Assembly (NCBI GenBank): GCA_038087875.1 | Contig: JAXLNO010005338.1 | Span: forward strand, 1-64,000 | Reading direction: 5' to 3' | DNA length: 64,000 nt | From: Malacoraja senta | Taxonomy: Eukaryota | Part shown: in pieces, positions 1 through 12,364 of the stretch | Position numbering within the stretch: the stretch's first letter is position 1 | How the letters are laid out: each line of letters starts with the position of its first letter | Translations under genes and position numbers: made by a program | Notes under the pieces: model-generated | Databases searched by the model: none | The model's input: the letters and a program-made list of their open reading frames with translations, nothing else | What the model was told of the DNA's origin: nothing

Positions 1-255
1 GGGGAGAGGGGGGGCATAGGTAGAGGGAGAAGGGAAGGCCAGAGGGGGAGGAGGGGTGAGAGGGAGGGGCGGAGGGAAGGGCAGTGGGAGGGGGAGTGGC
101 ATTGGTAGAGGGAGGGGCAGAGGGAGGTGAGAGGGAGGGGGTAGAGGGACGTGGGAGAGGGAGGAAGGAAGGGCAGAGGGAGGGGCAGAGGGAGGGGGGG
201 AAGGAAGGGCAGAGGGAGGGGAGGAGGAAGCGGGAGAGGGTGGGTCAGAGGGAGA
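1..255. repeat. Low-complexity G/A purine tract (GGGA/GAGG-type)
   Basis: Almost pure G/A with many G3-G7 runs; the ORFs 84..272 and 151..342 are by-products of this composition. Confidence 0.9.
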
Positions 256-339
256 GGATGTTATTTCCTTGATTACCGCATTTTTCTCGATTTCATCATT
301 TTTCCTCTTACCGCCTTTACGTCTTGTTCTCCACACCCC

Positions 340-470
340 TGACGCTCAGTCTGAAGAAGGGTCCAACGCTAAATATCACCAGAGATTTCCCCAGAGATGC
401 TGCCTAACCCGCTGAGTTATTCCAAATTTTAGTGCTTGCCTTCGGTTTAAACAGCATCAGCGTTACCTCC
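340..470 (+). mobile_element. Degenerate Penelope-derived terminal (pLTR-like) fragment
   Basis: CTCAGTCTGAAGAAGGGTCC...GATGCTGCCTAACCCGCTGAGTTA resembles the termini of the better-preserved Penelope pieces at 7847-7975 and 17520-17720. Confidence 0.55.
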
Positions 471-1784
471 CGACACAAATAAAAGCAACATTTGCTCATC
501 TGCTGTCTCTGCATCCAACCACCAACTACCCGCCTTTGTTCCCGTTCAATCCCTTACCTCAAACAAACGCATTTCTGCTTCAGTTGTCCGACCAAGTATT
601 CCAGGGAGAATGACATGGAATTCCAGGTATCTCCTGTAGTCCAAGACTCATACCCTCAACACACCAAGGATCCATCAGCCGAGGCAACGGAACCATCGTC
701 CAATCGCCAGTAAAAATTATGAATTTGAAATAAAATCTTCAGGGAAATCGCGGTGAGCTTCGTCCAAGATAAAACGAGCGATAGCGGATCAAAATTGTCG
801 CCTTCTAGCCCGAGTCCCCGGCGCCCAGACGTCGGTCACAGAAGGAGAACAAAGGGATTCAGTCCTCTGTGTTCCGGAGCAACAGCGATACAACGGACAC
901 AAGTTTATCCAGTGAGGCATCTCCACAAACCATCACTGCCCACACACTGGGCAATAAGTCGCGGACAAATTGTCACCGTTCCGACTGTGAATCAGTGTGC
1001 CGCAGTTTCAATGACAATCGCTGCTTTGGGCGGGACTTGTAGCCGCAGGTAAACAACACCGCAGCCTGATTTCCACACAAAGGAATCCTGCAGCGACCCT
1101 CCCATTAACCTGCCGCCGTCTCTATTGGCAACCGCCGTCTCAGCTAGAGCGTTTGGGGGCGGGAGCGGATACACCTGGGCTCAGAACAGAGCGAGTTATA
1201 CAGCGAGCTGCAGAACAAAGGGAGCAGGGAACAGCACAGCACATAAACACATGCTGGGAACAAAGAACTACAGACGCTGGTTAATACACACAAGACACAG
1301 GCCAGTTCAACACCTACAACACAGTCCGAGTGCCGCAGCCAGGACAACGGGCCGTTAAGGCCAAGATCAAACACTGTACCAAAAATAACTTTGAACATTT
1401 AAATACACAAGTTGGCGGCAGAAGCGTGGCGACTATTTGTGCAAGCCTCGGTGAAGTCTAGTGTACTTACAGTACAATCGTAGAAACATAGAATATAGGT
1501 GCAGGAATGGGCCATTCGGCCCTTCGAGCCAGTACCGCTATTCAATATGACCATGGCTGATCATCAAAAACCAGTACGCAGTTCCTGCTTGTTCCCCATA
1601 TCCCTTGACACTTCCCTTGAAATCGTTGCACATTTGTACTGATCTATCCTTGTGCTTATCTAGAGTTTGACTTTAAGGAATATGTGGAAAGCAAGAATTT
1701 CACCGCACCAAAGTGTATGTGACAATAAAGTATAATTGAATCATTGATGTGTGTTGAGTCGGTAGACTGGTATATATAGACAAT

Positions 1785-2545
1785 AGACAATAGGCCATTC
1801 GGCCCCTCGAGCCTGCACCGCAATTCAATGTGATCATGGCTGATCCTCCACAATCAGTACCCCGTTCCTGCCTTCTCCCCATATCCCGTGACTCCGCTAT
1901 CTTTAAGAGCCCTATCTAGCTTTCTCTTGAAAGCATCCAGAGAACCTGCCTCCTCCGCCCTCTGAGGCAGAGAATTCCACAGACTCACCACTCTCTGTGA
2001 GAAAAGGTGTTTCCTCGTCTCCGTTCTAAATGGCTTACCCCTTATTCTTAAACTGTGGCCCTTGGTTCTGGACTCCCCCCAACATCGGGAACATGTTTCC
2101 TGCCTCTAGTGTGACCAAACCCTTAACAATCTTACATGTTTCAATAAGATCCCCTCTCGTCCTTCTAAACTCCAGAGTGTACAAGCCCAGCTGCTCCATT
2201 CTCTCAGCATATCCCGCCATCCCGGGAAATTAACCTTGTAAACCTACGCTGCGCTCCCTCAATAGCAAGAATGTCCTTCCTCCAATTAGGGGACCAAAAC
2301 TGCACACAATACTCCAGGTGTGGTCTCACTAGGGCTGTGTACAACTGCAGAAGGACCACTTTGCTCCTATATTCGATTCCTCTTGTTATAAAGGCCAACA
2401 TGCCATTCACTTTCTTTACTGCCTGCTGTACCTGCATTCTTACTTTCATAGACTGCAGTACAAGGACCCCCAGATCCCGTTGTACTTCCCCTTTTCCCAA
2501 CTTGACGCCACTTAGATAGTAATCTGCCTTCCTGTTTTTGCTACC
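1785..2545 (-). mobile_element. CR1 (HER1-like) LINE 3' fragment
   Basis: Minus ORFs read RDLGVLV..LVRPHLEYCVQFWSP..RRFTRLI and LGLYTLEFRR.RGDLIET, the CR1 RT C-terminus; the CR1 3' tail GGCCATTCGGCCC lies at the left end. A shorter tail copy lies at ~1480-1600. Confidence 0.9.
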
Positions 2546-3715
2546 ACGTCACATCTATAGTCATGGACGCTGCAACTAAGCTGGATGTATATGCCATCGC
2601 TGTCACAGACTCCATCAGCAAGTATGGAGAGGACTGTGGACCACATAATGCGATACGTTTATTCACCAAACGGAAACCATGGGTGAACCGTGAGCTCCAC
2701 TCACAGGTGAAGCCCAAGTTTCGTTTAGTTCAGAGATACAGCCCGGAAACAGGCCCTTCGGCCCACAGAGTTAGCGCTGACCTGCGATCCCCGTACATTA
2801 ACATTATCCGATGTACACTGGGGACAATTTACAATGATATCAAACCAATTAACTTACAAACTTGTACGCCTTTGGAGTGTGGGAGGAAACCGGGGCGCAC
2901 GAAGAAACCTCACGCAATCACGGGGAGAATGTACAACTCCGCACGGACAGCATCCGTAGTCAGGATCGAACCCGGGTCCCTGGCGCTGTAAGGCATCAAC
3001 TCTACCGCAACGCCAACGTGCCGAACCAAGTCTACAGCGTTAAAGTCAAACGATGCCGTGCGGCACAGGAAATCTATCAATGGCCGTCGCAGAGCCATTA
3101 AGGATGCCAAGAGGGAATTCCGGACCAAGCTGGAGACACGAGGCAATGAGACGGATACCCGCATTCTCCGCCCGCTTAGAACAGAATGTCTGGAGGAATG
3201 TCTCCCGCTCCTTCAGTCTCGGGTGTACCTGTACCAACGGTTACTGCCACAGGCGTAAGATCGGTCATCCTGAGAGTGAATCTGTGGATAGCAACTGGCT
3301 CGGATGCAGTCCCCTACAGTTCTCACGATACACTCAGGACTGTGCGCCCAAATTCGGCTTTAACCACATCTACAAGTCTGCAGGTGACAACTCTGTGGTG
3401 GGCGGATAATGAACAAGGACTAGACGGAACACAAGAGGAAGACGGGGAGCTTAGCAACACGGTGGGTGTCAGGAGATCACTCTGTCACTCAATGCCAGCA
3501 ACACGAAGGAGCTAGTTATTGTGTTCAGGAATCTTGATAGAGTACCCTGCCTCAATCTGTATCAATGGGGCCAAAGTGGAAATGGTTGAGACCTTGAAAT
3601 AGCTTGGCATTAATATTACCAATGACTTGTTATGGACCGATCATATTGAGGCGACAACCAATAAAGCACACCAATAGGAACCTGAGGAAATTCAGCATGT
3701 CTCCAATGAGGAAGA
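2546..3715 (+). mobile_element. Decayed Rex1/Babar-type LINE remnant, split by a SINE
   Basis: Frames read KPWVNRELHS and RAIKDAKREFRTKLE, and nucleotide similarity extends to the other Rex/Babar remnants in the window; many stops and frameshifts. Confidence 0.6.
2718..3027 (-). mobile_element. tRNA-derived V-SINE (HE1-like)
   Basis: Minus strand has a tRNA-like head with B box (GGGTTCGATCC), the V-domain-type core (GTACATTCTCCCCGTG...GGTTTCCTCCCAC) and a CR1-like tail; possible 6-bp TSD CCAAGT. Confidence 0.8.
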
Positions 3716-3870
3716 TCTTAGGGTTAACGGAATCAAAGGATATGGGGGAGAAAGCCGGAACGGGCTACTGATTTTGGATGATCAGACATTATCATATTGA
3801 ATGGCGGTGCTGGCTCGAAGGGCCGAATGGCCTACTCCTGCACCTATTTTCTATGATTCTGTGATTCTTA
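3716..3870 (+). mobile_element. CR1 3' end
   Basis: GGATATGGGG...GCTCGAAGGGCCGAATGGCCTACTCCTGCACCTATTTTCTATG, the same tail as the long CR1 at 20637-25346. Confidence 0.85.
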
Positions 3871-3879
3871 CACACTTCA

Positions 3880-4836
3880 GGTTTCGGTGCTGTTTGTCAT
3901 CTATATCAATGATTTGGATGAGAAATACAAAGTAGAATTTGGAAGTTTGCAGATGTCACTAAGGATGGTGATATGGTAGATGGCGATGATAGTTGTTCAG
4001 AATAAAAGCAAGACCTTGATCAGATGAACAGGTGGGTTGAGCAATAGTTGATGGCGTTGAATATAGAGAATAGTGAAGCTTTGCATTTTCGGAAGTCACA
4101 CCAGCGCATGACTTGTAGAGTGAATTGCAGGGCTCTGGTGAGTGTTGCAGTGGAGAGGAATCCAGCAGTGCAGGTACATAGCTCCTTGAAAGTGGCGACA
4201 TATGTAGAAAGTGTGGTCAAGGCTTTTGGCACATTGGCCTTCATCAATCAGAGTATTGAATATAGATGTTGGGAGGTCATATTACAGTTCGAGAAGACAT
4301 TGGTGAGGCCTCACAGAGTATTTTGTTCAGTTTTGGTCATCCTGTTGGAGGAAAGATGGTGTTAAGCTGGGAAGGGTACAGAAGAGGTTGACTAGGATGT
4401 AGAAAGATACTCAAGTGCCTGAGCGGTGTGGAGAGGTTGAGGAGGCTTGGACTTTATTTATTGGAGCGCAGGAGGATGAGGGGTGCTATTATAGAGGCGT
4501 ACAAGATCATGAGAGGAATAGATAGGGTATATGTACAGATTTTCATCCAGAGTCAGGGATTAAACCAGAGGACATGTTTCAAGGTGAGGGGTGAGAGATT
4601 GAATCGGAACCTGAGCGGTAAATTATTTAAACAGAGTATGGTGTATCGATCGAGCTGCTAGATGAGATAGGCGAGGCAGGTGCTATGACAATATATAATA
4701 AACATTTACAGATGTGCATAGATGGAGGGGTATTGCCTTAATCGGATAGGTGGGCCTAGCGTCGATGATGCTTGTTGCTCAGCAGGGGCAAGCTGGGTGG
4801 AATGGCCTCTTTGCGCGCTGTATGTCTCTCTGTCTC
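3880..4836 (+). mobile_element. Older CR1-family RT remnant
   Basis: Broken frames give SLKVATYVESVVKAFGTLAFINQSIEYR..TLVRPH and ERLRRLGLYLLERRRMRG, CR1 RT C-terminal motifs. Confidence 0.8.
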
Positions 4837-5274
4837 NNNNNNNNNNNNNNNNNNNNNNNNNNNNNNNNNNNNNNNNNNNNNNNNNNNNNNNNNNNNNNNN
4901 NNNNNNNNNNNNNNNNNNNNNNNNNNNNNNNNNNNNNNNNNNNNNNNNNNNNNNNNNNNNNNNNNNNNNNNNNNNNNNNNNNNNNNNNNNNNNNNNNNNN
5001 NNNNNNNNNNNNNNNNNNNNNNNNNNNNNNNNNNNNNNNNNNNNNNNNNNNNNNNNNNNNNNNNNNNNNNNNNNNNNNNNNNNNNNNNNNNNNNNNNNNN
5101 NNNNNNNNNNNNNNNNNNNNNNNNNNNNNNNNNNNNNNNNNNNNNNNNNNNNNNNNNNNNNNNNNNNNNNNNNNNNNNNNNNNNNNNNNNNNNNNNNNNN
5201 NNNNNNNNNNNNNNNNNNNNNNNNNNNNNNNNNNNNNNNNNNNNNNNNNNNNNNNNNNNNNNNNNNNNNNNNNN
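4837..5274. other. Assembly gap (438 N)
   Basis: Run of N seen directly; the true gap size is unknown. Confidence 1.
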
Positions 5275-5479
5275 TACTTCACTGCTGAACATTATCAGCA
5301 AGTTTACTGTGTTGTTCATCCTATCCCATCTCGTCGGCTTCTCTTTACACTTGTCCAACAGTTCACCTGTTGTTAAAATCCAATCATCACCTTCTCTTGT
5401 TTATCAACATGGTCCTCAATCTTCATCGTCTCCAGTCTCCGTCATAGTCCGAACTGGTCATGGTTGTTACTCACCACAG

Positions 5480-7130
5480 AGCATTATGTATGGCCAGCTT
5501 TGGTGAGGTCTATGACTGTCATGGATACATGGGTACAGTGTAAATCTTTGTATTGCATGCTATCCAAACGTTTCACATATATCATATATAGATGCAAACA
5601 GTTCAAACTTGTACAATGGATAGAGCAAATACGAAGAAACAGAATGCAGACTCTAATTCAAGCTACGGAATATCATGCTTAATATCGTTCTTTATTCTCA
5701 TCAAACCCTGATTTATCCGTAAATGTGTAAGAATGAACAACAATGCGGAATTCTGGTCTATCTCTGTCCTAAGAAACGGACATTCACAGTTGTAGAATTT
5801 GAGCTTTTTGTAAAAAACACAAAATATTCATTCAAGCAGGTGCAGAAACTTTTATTTAACTGTTCTGAAGTGCGCAGCTAGAGCGACAGATGATGCAATA
5901 CTGATCTCACCTTTGAGACCTCCCACTGGCTTGCGGAGTTGTAAACAATTAAGATGCGAGGCACATTAGGTTTCAGGTACAGGTTTAGGATTAGGATTAT
6001 TATTGTGAAATACCGAGATAGAGTGGGAAATAAACTGTGTTTACATGTTATCCAGGCAACCAGATATTCCATGCATAGGTACAATCATTTCAAACTCACG
6101 TATAACAGATAGAGCAAAGGAGAAGATACAGTGTGCAGAATATAGTTTCAGCAATCTAGCGCATCACCTCCAGAGACTCAGTCCAATGTCCTCAAAGGGG
6201 ATATGTGAATTCAACAGCACCATAGTTTATGGAAGGACCATTAATAATCCCGATAACGGACGGGAATAAGCTACTGGTGGTGCGCGCTTTCACGTGTGTG
6301 CTCTTCCTGCTGACTGGAGCAGGGGGAACAAGGAATGGTCGAGGTGAAACAGGTCTTTGATAATATTGGCTGCTTTTCCGAGGCAGCGTAAAGTGTAGAT
6401 GGAATCAGTGGTGAGAAGTCTGGTCTGTGTGATGGACTTGGCTACATCTACAAATCTCTACAATTGCTTGCGTTCTCAGGCAGAACTTTTCTCAAAAGAA
6501 GCAGCCCTACATTATACTGTCCTTGGTGCATCTACAGAAGTTTGGAAGAGTCACTGGAGACATGCCGAGATTTATCTGTCAGCTCAGGATATAAAGGGGT
6601 TAGTGCGCCTTCTGGATTGTTACATCTATGATCCACGACAGACCTTTGATAATATTAACACAAAAGGGAAGCCGTGAACCATTTCCACTTCTGCACCATT
6701 GATGCTGATTGGGCATGTCCTACACCATGCTTCCTGAAGCCAATAACTAGCTTCATCGTCCTGCTGACATTGAGGGGAAAATTATTGTCCTGGCACCATG
6801 TATCTTAGTTCTCTATCTACCTCCTGTACTCCATATTGTCATTATTCTCGATGTGACCCAGCACAATAGGGTTGTGAGCAAACCTGTAGATGTCATTAAA
6901 GCCAAATGTGTAAAGGGAGTATAGTTGGAGGCCAAGAACGCATCCTTGCAGGGCACCGACGTGGAGAGTGATTATGGAGGAGATGCTGTCCCCTATCCTC
7001 ACTGACTGAGGTCCGGGGCATTGGAGCCTTGGAAGCAGTGACAGAGGGAGAGCAGATTCCGAGGTCCCGTGGGTTGGAGATAACAGCCATTCTTCTCCCA
7101 GCAGACACAGGTACACACGGTCACACGCAC
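5480..7130 (-). mobile_element. Rex1/Babar-type LINE remnant (copy in unit 1)
   Basis: Minus ORF 6817..7116 reads ITLHVGALQGCVLGLQLYSLYT..IYRFA..IVLGHI.NND..EYRR, the Rex/Babar RT signature (G.PQGCVLSPLLYSLYT..KFADD..VVG.I...DE..YR). Confidence 0.75.
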
Positions 7131-7846
7131 AATGCCAAGCTCAAGTCTGTTTGACAATTCAATGTCATAATTACAAACTGTTTTTGATTCCATATTCACT
7201 TCCACTCAGGTCTCATCAGCGTTGGTTTCCCTATTTGCCACAAATACCTTCGCCCCAACCCAGTTTACATTTCATTAATGGTCATTCTTGTTTTCTGTGG
7301 TAGATAATACTGTAGATTCAGATATATCTGCAAGAATATTTTACATCTATCTTCAGTCACTCCAAGGCGAATTCCTATTCTGAACGATGATCCTAATGTG
7401 ATCATCCATATGCGGGCTGTAATTCTCTCAAAATCTATCCTGCAAAGGCGACGCAGAAGTCCCGATGTCGGGGTCAATACATTCATTTGTTGTTCTTACG
7501 AACTGCACAGAATGGATGAACTGGTCAATTGTTCACCTTTGAGAGCCCCTTGATGCGACGGATACGTCTCGAATTCTGTCTCTGCCCCGAGTCGAATGTA
7601 AGTATCGCTCTCCTGAAAAACGATAGTGCCAGGGCATAATATTCTGCAGACTAAGTGTTGGTAGATGGCATTTAGTAATTGGACAGCAGACACACACACA
7701 GTATTTCGGCCTATTTCTCTGCTGTGTGACTCAATGACTATTGGTCCAGTGTGTGCACGTTTCTCCACACGTGGTATCACCGTCAGTATTTATAGCCGGG
7801 TTCATCACTGTGCCTTGTGTGGGCAACTCGACAGTTGCAATAGGTA

Positions 7847-9011
7847 TTTAAGAAGGAACTGCAGATGCTGGAAAATCGAAAGTACCCAAAAATGCTGGAG
7901 AAACTCAGCGGGTGCAGCAGCATCTATGGAGCGAAGGAAATAGGCAACGTTTCGGGCCGAAACCCTTCTTCAGAATGATGGGGGGGTGGGGAGAAGAACG
8001 GAAAAAGGCGGAGGAGGAGCCCGAGGGCTGAGGGATTGGAGGAGACAGCCCGAGGGTTGAGGAAGGGGAGGGCTAACAGAGTAGGGAGAATGCAATGTTC
8101 ATGCCCCCAGGATGCAGACTCCCCAAGCGGAATATGAGGTGCTGTTCCTCCAATTTCCGGTGTTGCTCGCTCTGGCCATGGAGGAGACCCAGGACAGAGA
8201 GGTCAGATACGGAATGGGAGGGGGAGTTGAAGTGCTGAGCCACTGGCAGGTCAGGTTGGTTATTGCCGACCGCGCGGAGGTGTTCGGCGAAACGATCGCC
8301 AAGCCTCCGCTTGGTCTCTCCGATGTAGATCAGCTGACATCTAGAGCAGCGGATTCAATAGATGAGGTTGGAGGAGATGCAGGTGAACCTCTGTCGCACC
8401 TGGAACGACTGCTTAGGTCCTTGAATGGAGTCGAGGGGAGAGGTGAAGGGACAAGTGTTGCATCTCTTGCGGTTGCAAGGGAAAGTGCCCGCGGAGGGGG
8501 TGGTACGGGAGGGGAGGGAAGGGAAGAATTGACAATGAAGTTACGGAGGGAGCGGTCTTTGCGGAAGGCAGTCATGAGGGGAGATGGGAAGATGTGGCGA
8601 GTGGTGGGGTCACGTTGGAGGTGGCGAAACTGGCGGAGGATCACTTGTTGTATGTGACGGCTGATGGGGTGAAAGGTGAGGACTAGAGGGACTCTGCCCT
8701 TGTTGTGTGTGGGGGGATGGGGAGAGAGAGCAGTGTTGCGGGGTATGGAAGAGACCCTGGTGCGAGCCTCATCTATGGTGGAGGAGGGGAACCCCCGTTT
8801 CCTGAAGAATGAGGACATTTCGGATGCCCTGGTGTGGAACGCCTCATCCTGCGAGCAGATGCGGCGTAGACGGAGGAATTGGGAGTAGGGGATGGAGTCC
8901 TTACTGGAACCAGGATGGGATGAAGTGTAATCCAGATAGCTATGGGAGTCAGTAGGTTTATAGTGGATGTCGGTCAGAAGTCTATCACCTGCGATGGAGA
9001 TAGTGAGGTCA
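7847..9011 (-). mobile_element. Penelope-like element, 5'-truncated (RT C-terminus + GIY-YIG endonuclease + terminal repeat), with TSD
   Basis: Minus frames give LDLTISI..LLTDIHYKPTDSHSYLDYTSSHP..IPYSQFLRLRRICS and, after a frameshift, C..C..IYIGETKRRLGDRFAEH..KLEEQHLIFRLG; flanked by AGTTGCAATAGGTA at 7833-7846 and 9012-9025. Confidence 0.93.
7946..7973 (-). ncRNA. Minimal type I hammerhead ribozyme core in the Penelope terminus
   Basis: Minus strand CTGAAGA-A-GGG TTTCGG CCC-GAAAC-GTT: CUGANGA core, stem II hairpin, GAAA, NUH triplet GUU. Penelope-like elements are known to carry such minimal hammerheads. Confidence 0.7.
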
Positions 9012-9168
9012 AGTTGCAATAGGTAGCCAGGTTTGGTTATTTCTGTTGAGTAATAAATGTTGGGCAGCAACTAATTCTGCACCAATGTTGATGTGCGCTG
9101 ACGAGCCAGTTTACACTCTCATCTAGACAACGCCAATGTTTGTGGGCGTATGAATTGCGAAACAGTAA

Positions 9169-9678
9169 ATGGCCTGTCCCACTTGTATGCGACTGCACGC
9201 GTTTGGCGCGACCAAAACGGAAGCGAAGTTTGCGCTGTTAGCGCTAAGTTCGCGGTAAGTACGTGCAAAGTACACGGTAAGTATGCGCTAAGTTCGCGCC
9301 TGATGTAATTCGCATCATACTTACCAATCAGCTGGGCAGGAGGCGGGCCGACTGAATTTGGGCGTCGCACGGCGTCGGGCGGTGAAGTCATCGCGCAACG
9401 CCACGTGCTAGGCGTACGCCGCCAAGACGCTGCGGTCGACATCAAGACGCTGCATAGGCCGTCAGGACGCTGCGTACGCCCTCAATGCGCCTGCGAGTCG
9501 ACAGGCCGTTGGCGCGCGGAATTTTCGGACAGTGCAGGATTTTCGGAGCCCAGCCCCGCACAACACCATACGCTTCCGCGCTTCGAAGTGGGACCGGTCC
9601 CACGCGGCCCGTACGCCTCAAGCGACCACGTTTGGTCGCGCCAGACGCATGCAATCGCATGCAAGTGGGACAGGCCCT
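9169..9678. mobile_element. Non-autonomous DNA transposon (PIF/Harbinger-type MITE)
   Basis: ~50-bp terminal inverted repeats (A[T/G]GGCCTGTCCCACTTG[T/C]ATGCGA[C/T]TGCA[C/T]GCGT[T/C]TGGCGCGACCAAA), TAA on both sides (9166-9168, 9679-9681), CpG-rich non-coding interior. Confidence 0.8.
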
Positions 9679-9774
9679 TAACACAGCGTGCATTTGTTTA
9701 GACTAGATCGGAGCTTTGATAAGCTCATTCATTTCAGACATTAGATACGTTGTCCTCTCAAGCGGAAGTCTTAG

Positions 9775-10115
9775 ACAATAGACAATAGACAATAGGTGCA
9801 GGAGTAGGCCATTCGGCCCTTCGAGCCAGCACCGCCATTCAATGTGATCATGGCTGATCTTCCCCAATCAGTACCCCGTTCCTGCCTTCTCCCCATATCC
9901 CCTGACTCCGCTATTTTTAAGAGCCCTATCTCGCTCTCTCTTGAAAGCATCCAGAGAACCGGCCTCCACCGCCCTCTGAGGCAGATAATTCCGCAGACTC
10001 ACCACTGTCTGTGAGAAAAAGTGTTTCCTCCTCTCCGTTCTATATGGCTTACTCCTTATTCTTAAACTGTGGCCCCTGGTTCTGGACCCCCCCAACATCG
10101 GGAACATGTTTCCTG
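9775..10115 (-). mobile_element. CR1 3' fragment
   Basis: Minus ORF AGNMFPMLGGSRTRGHSLRIR..YGEKAGTGY plus the CR1 tail with (GACAATA)n end. Confidence 0.9.
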
Positions 10116-10419
10116 CGTTCATGTTTCCTGCATCTTCTGAATTTTCTGGGTTTATCCTTTTGTCCTATTTTATTTCCGATGCCCGGCAATAACTGCGGTC
10201 CGCAATACAGTATTAGCATTTTACTCGATTCTGTCTCCTACCCCCACACCTCATCTTCTCACGCATGTGTCGAACTGTTCATTTGCGGTTAACAAGGATG
10301 CATCAACTTCTCTTGTATATAAACACCGGCTGTGTCACGTGGGTAATCTTTGCCCCATCATTGTACTTATATTCACGCTCTGATCACAGTTGTCACTTAT
10401 CTCCAATCAATAGATTTGT

Positions 10420-11150
10420 CTGGGTTCGGCTAGATGTATTATTGCCGCATGTACGTATTTACAGTGAAAAGCCTGGTTTTGCATGATATCCACTCAGACC
10501 AGTCACACCATACATGGACACAATAGAAAATATCTCTGCAATATCTTGCCGTCTTGACTAGAACTATTTCCAGACCAGGCTGTGATGCATCCTGACCTTC
10601 TGCTTTCAATGGCACATCTGGAGATGTTTGCAGAGGTTTTGTCAGTCTCCGGCGGAAGTCGAGTGTGCCTTCTTGGTTGTCTGAACAGTGTGGTTCATCC
10701 AGGACACATCGGTGTTAATATTAACGCCAAACAACTTGAGCCTCAACTATTTCCACTTCCGCGCCAATAATCCTGATTTACGCATGTACTCCACCTTGCT
10801 TCCAGGAATTAATAACTAGCCCCTTCGTCTTGATGATGTTGATGGAGAGACTATTGTTCTGACACAATGTGAGTAGGTACATTATCTCTTCCCTGAACTC
10901 CGCCTCATCATTGTCCCTGATCCGGCCCATCACAGGGTTGTCGTCAGAGAACAATGGAGAGTGTAAAGAGAGAATCGCAGGGGACCGAGAAATCACCCTT
11001 GCAGGGCGCCGGTGTTGAGAGTAATTATGGAGGAGATGTTGTCACCTGTAGTCACTGACTAAGGTCCGTGGGCCATAGGGCCGATGAAGCAGTGGCAGAG
11101 GGCGGATCACATACCTAGGCCATGGACACAGGTATACACGGCCACACGCA
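10420..11150 (-). mobile_element. Rex1/Babar-type remnant (copy in unit 2)
   Basis: Minus ORF FSDDNPVMGRIRDNDEAEFREEI..L..LCQNNSLSINIIKTKGLVI matches the Rex/Babar RT C-terminal motifs. Confidence 0.75.
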
Positions 11151-12364
11151 CAATGCCAAGCTCAGGCCTGTTCAGACAATTAATTATCAAACTGATCCTG
11201 GAATCGTTAGAAACATAGCTAGAAACATAGAAAATAGGTGCAGGAGGAGGCCATTCGGCCCTTCGAGCCAGCACCACCATTCATTGTGATCATGGCTGAT
11301 CGTCCCCAATCAATAACCCGTGCCTGCCTTCTCCCCATACCCCTTGACTCCACTAGCCCCTAGAGCTCTTTCTAACTTCATTTCCATACCCCTGGTCACA
11401 TTAGTCTTCAGTTCCCTCTTGTCCACAAGGAACTTCGCTTGTATGTATTTAACAAATGGACATCATCGTTTTCTGGAGGAGAGGGTACTCTCCATGCAGA
11501 TATATCTGAGAGAGTAAATTACATCTCATCTCAGTCACTCCAAGGTGAATTGATAATCTGAACTTCTGATCCCAACGTAATCATTCTTATACCCGTTGTT
11601 TATTGCTTTGATGGTCTACCCTGTCAGGACGTCGCAGTCCCACAAATCAATGTCAATAAATTAACTTGTTGTTCTTAGCAACTGTACACAGTAGAGGATC
11701 TGATTAAATGGTGATCGTCTCACAGCTACTTTATGCTCTGGATAAATCTCGACTTGGACTCTACACCGCTTCAAAGGTAAGTATCACCTTCAATAAAAGA
11801 GAAAGCCAGTGCATAATATTCTGTGGACACAATTGCTAGTAAATGTGATTCAATAATTGGGTAGCATGGACACAGAGAGTTGCTGGGTCTGTTTCTCTGC
11901 TGTGTGACTATGACTCTTGGTCCAGTCTCTGCATATTTCTCCACATCTGGTATCACCGTCAGTAGTTATAGCTGGACTGTACTGCGATGCCCTTGTGTGT
12001 CCCAGCTGTAGGGAGAAGTGAGGACTTTATTCCCTGGAGCGAAGGAAGCTGGGGGGTGATGATATAAATAGTGTTAAATCATGAGACGAATAATTAGGAT
12101 GAATGCAGTCTTTTATCCAGGATGGAGAATCAAAAATCAGATATCATAGGTTTAAGGTGAGAGGGGCAAGATTTACAAGGAACCTGAAGTGAAGACTTGA
12201 CACAAAGATGGTGCTGAGTATAAGGGACAAACTTAGGTAAGATAATTTACTTCTGACATTACATATGACTTTTCTGAGTCTGCTGAGTATATTATGTTTT
12301 ATGATGTATTGCAAATGCCCGGCAATTAATACGGTCCACGATACGGTATCGGGTGTTTTACTGT

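Noticed and set aside
1011-1400. Leader-like LLWAGLVAA(G)|GTAAAC followed by an acceptor at ~1143
   Set aside because: The ATG at 1011 is out of frame (in-frame TGA at 1012), and the downstream sequence shows no alpha1-like translation in any frame.
4722-5506. Long ORFs in the ORF track spanning 4.7-5.5 kb
   Set aside because: Artefacts of the 438-N gap translated as X.
7700-7790. Kringle-like CGETCTHWTNSH peptide on the minus strand of block B
   Set aside because: Only a short motif with an in-frame stop right after, and the remaining kringle cysteines are absent.
7785-7847. RSS-like AGTATTTAT-12 bp-CACTGTG followed by a short J-like stretch and a possible phase-1 donor
   Set aside because: The nonamer matches only 6/9, there is no F/W-G-x-G motif, the paralogous position in unit 2 (~11960-11990) lacks the heptamer, and such a hit is plausible by chance in 64 kb.
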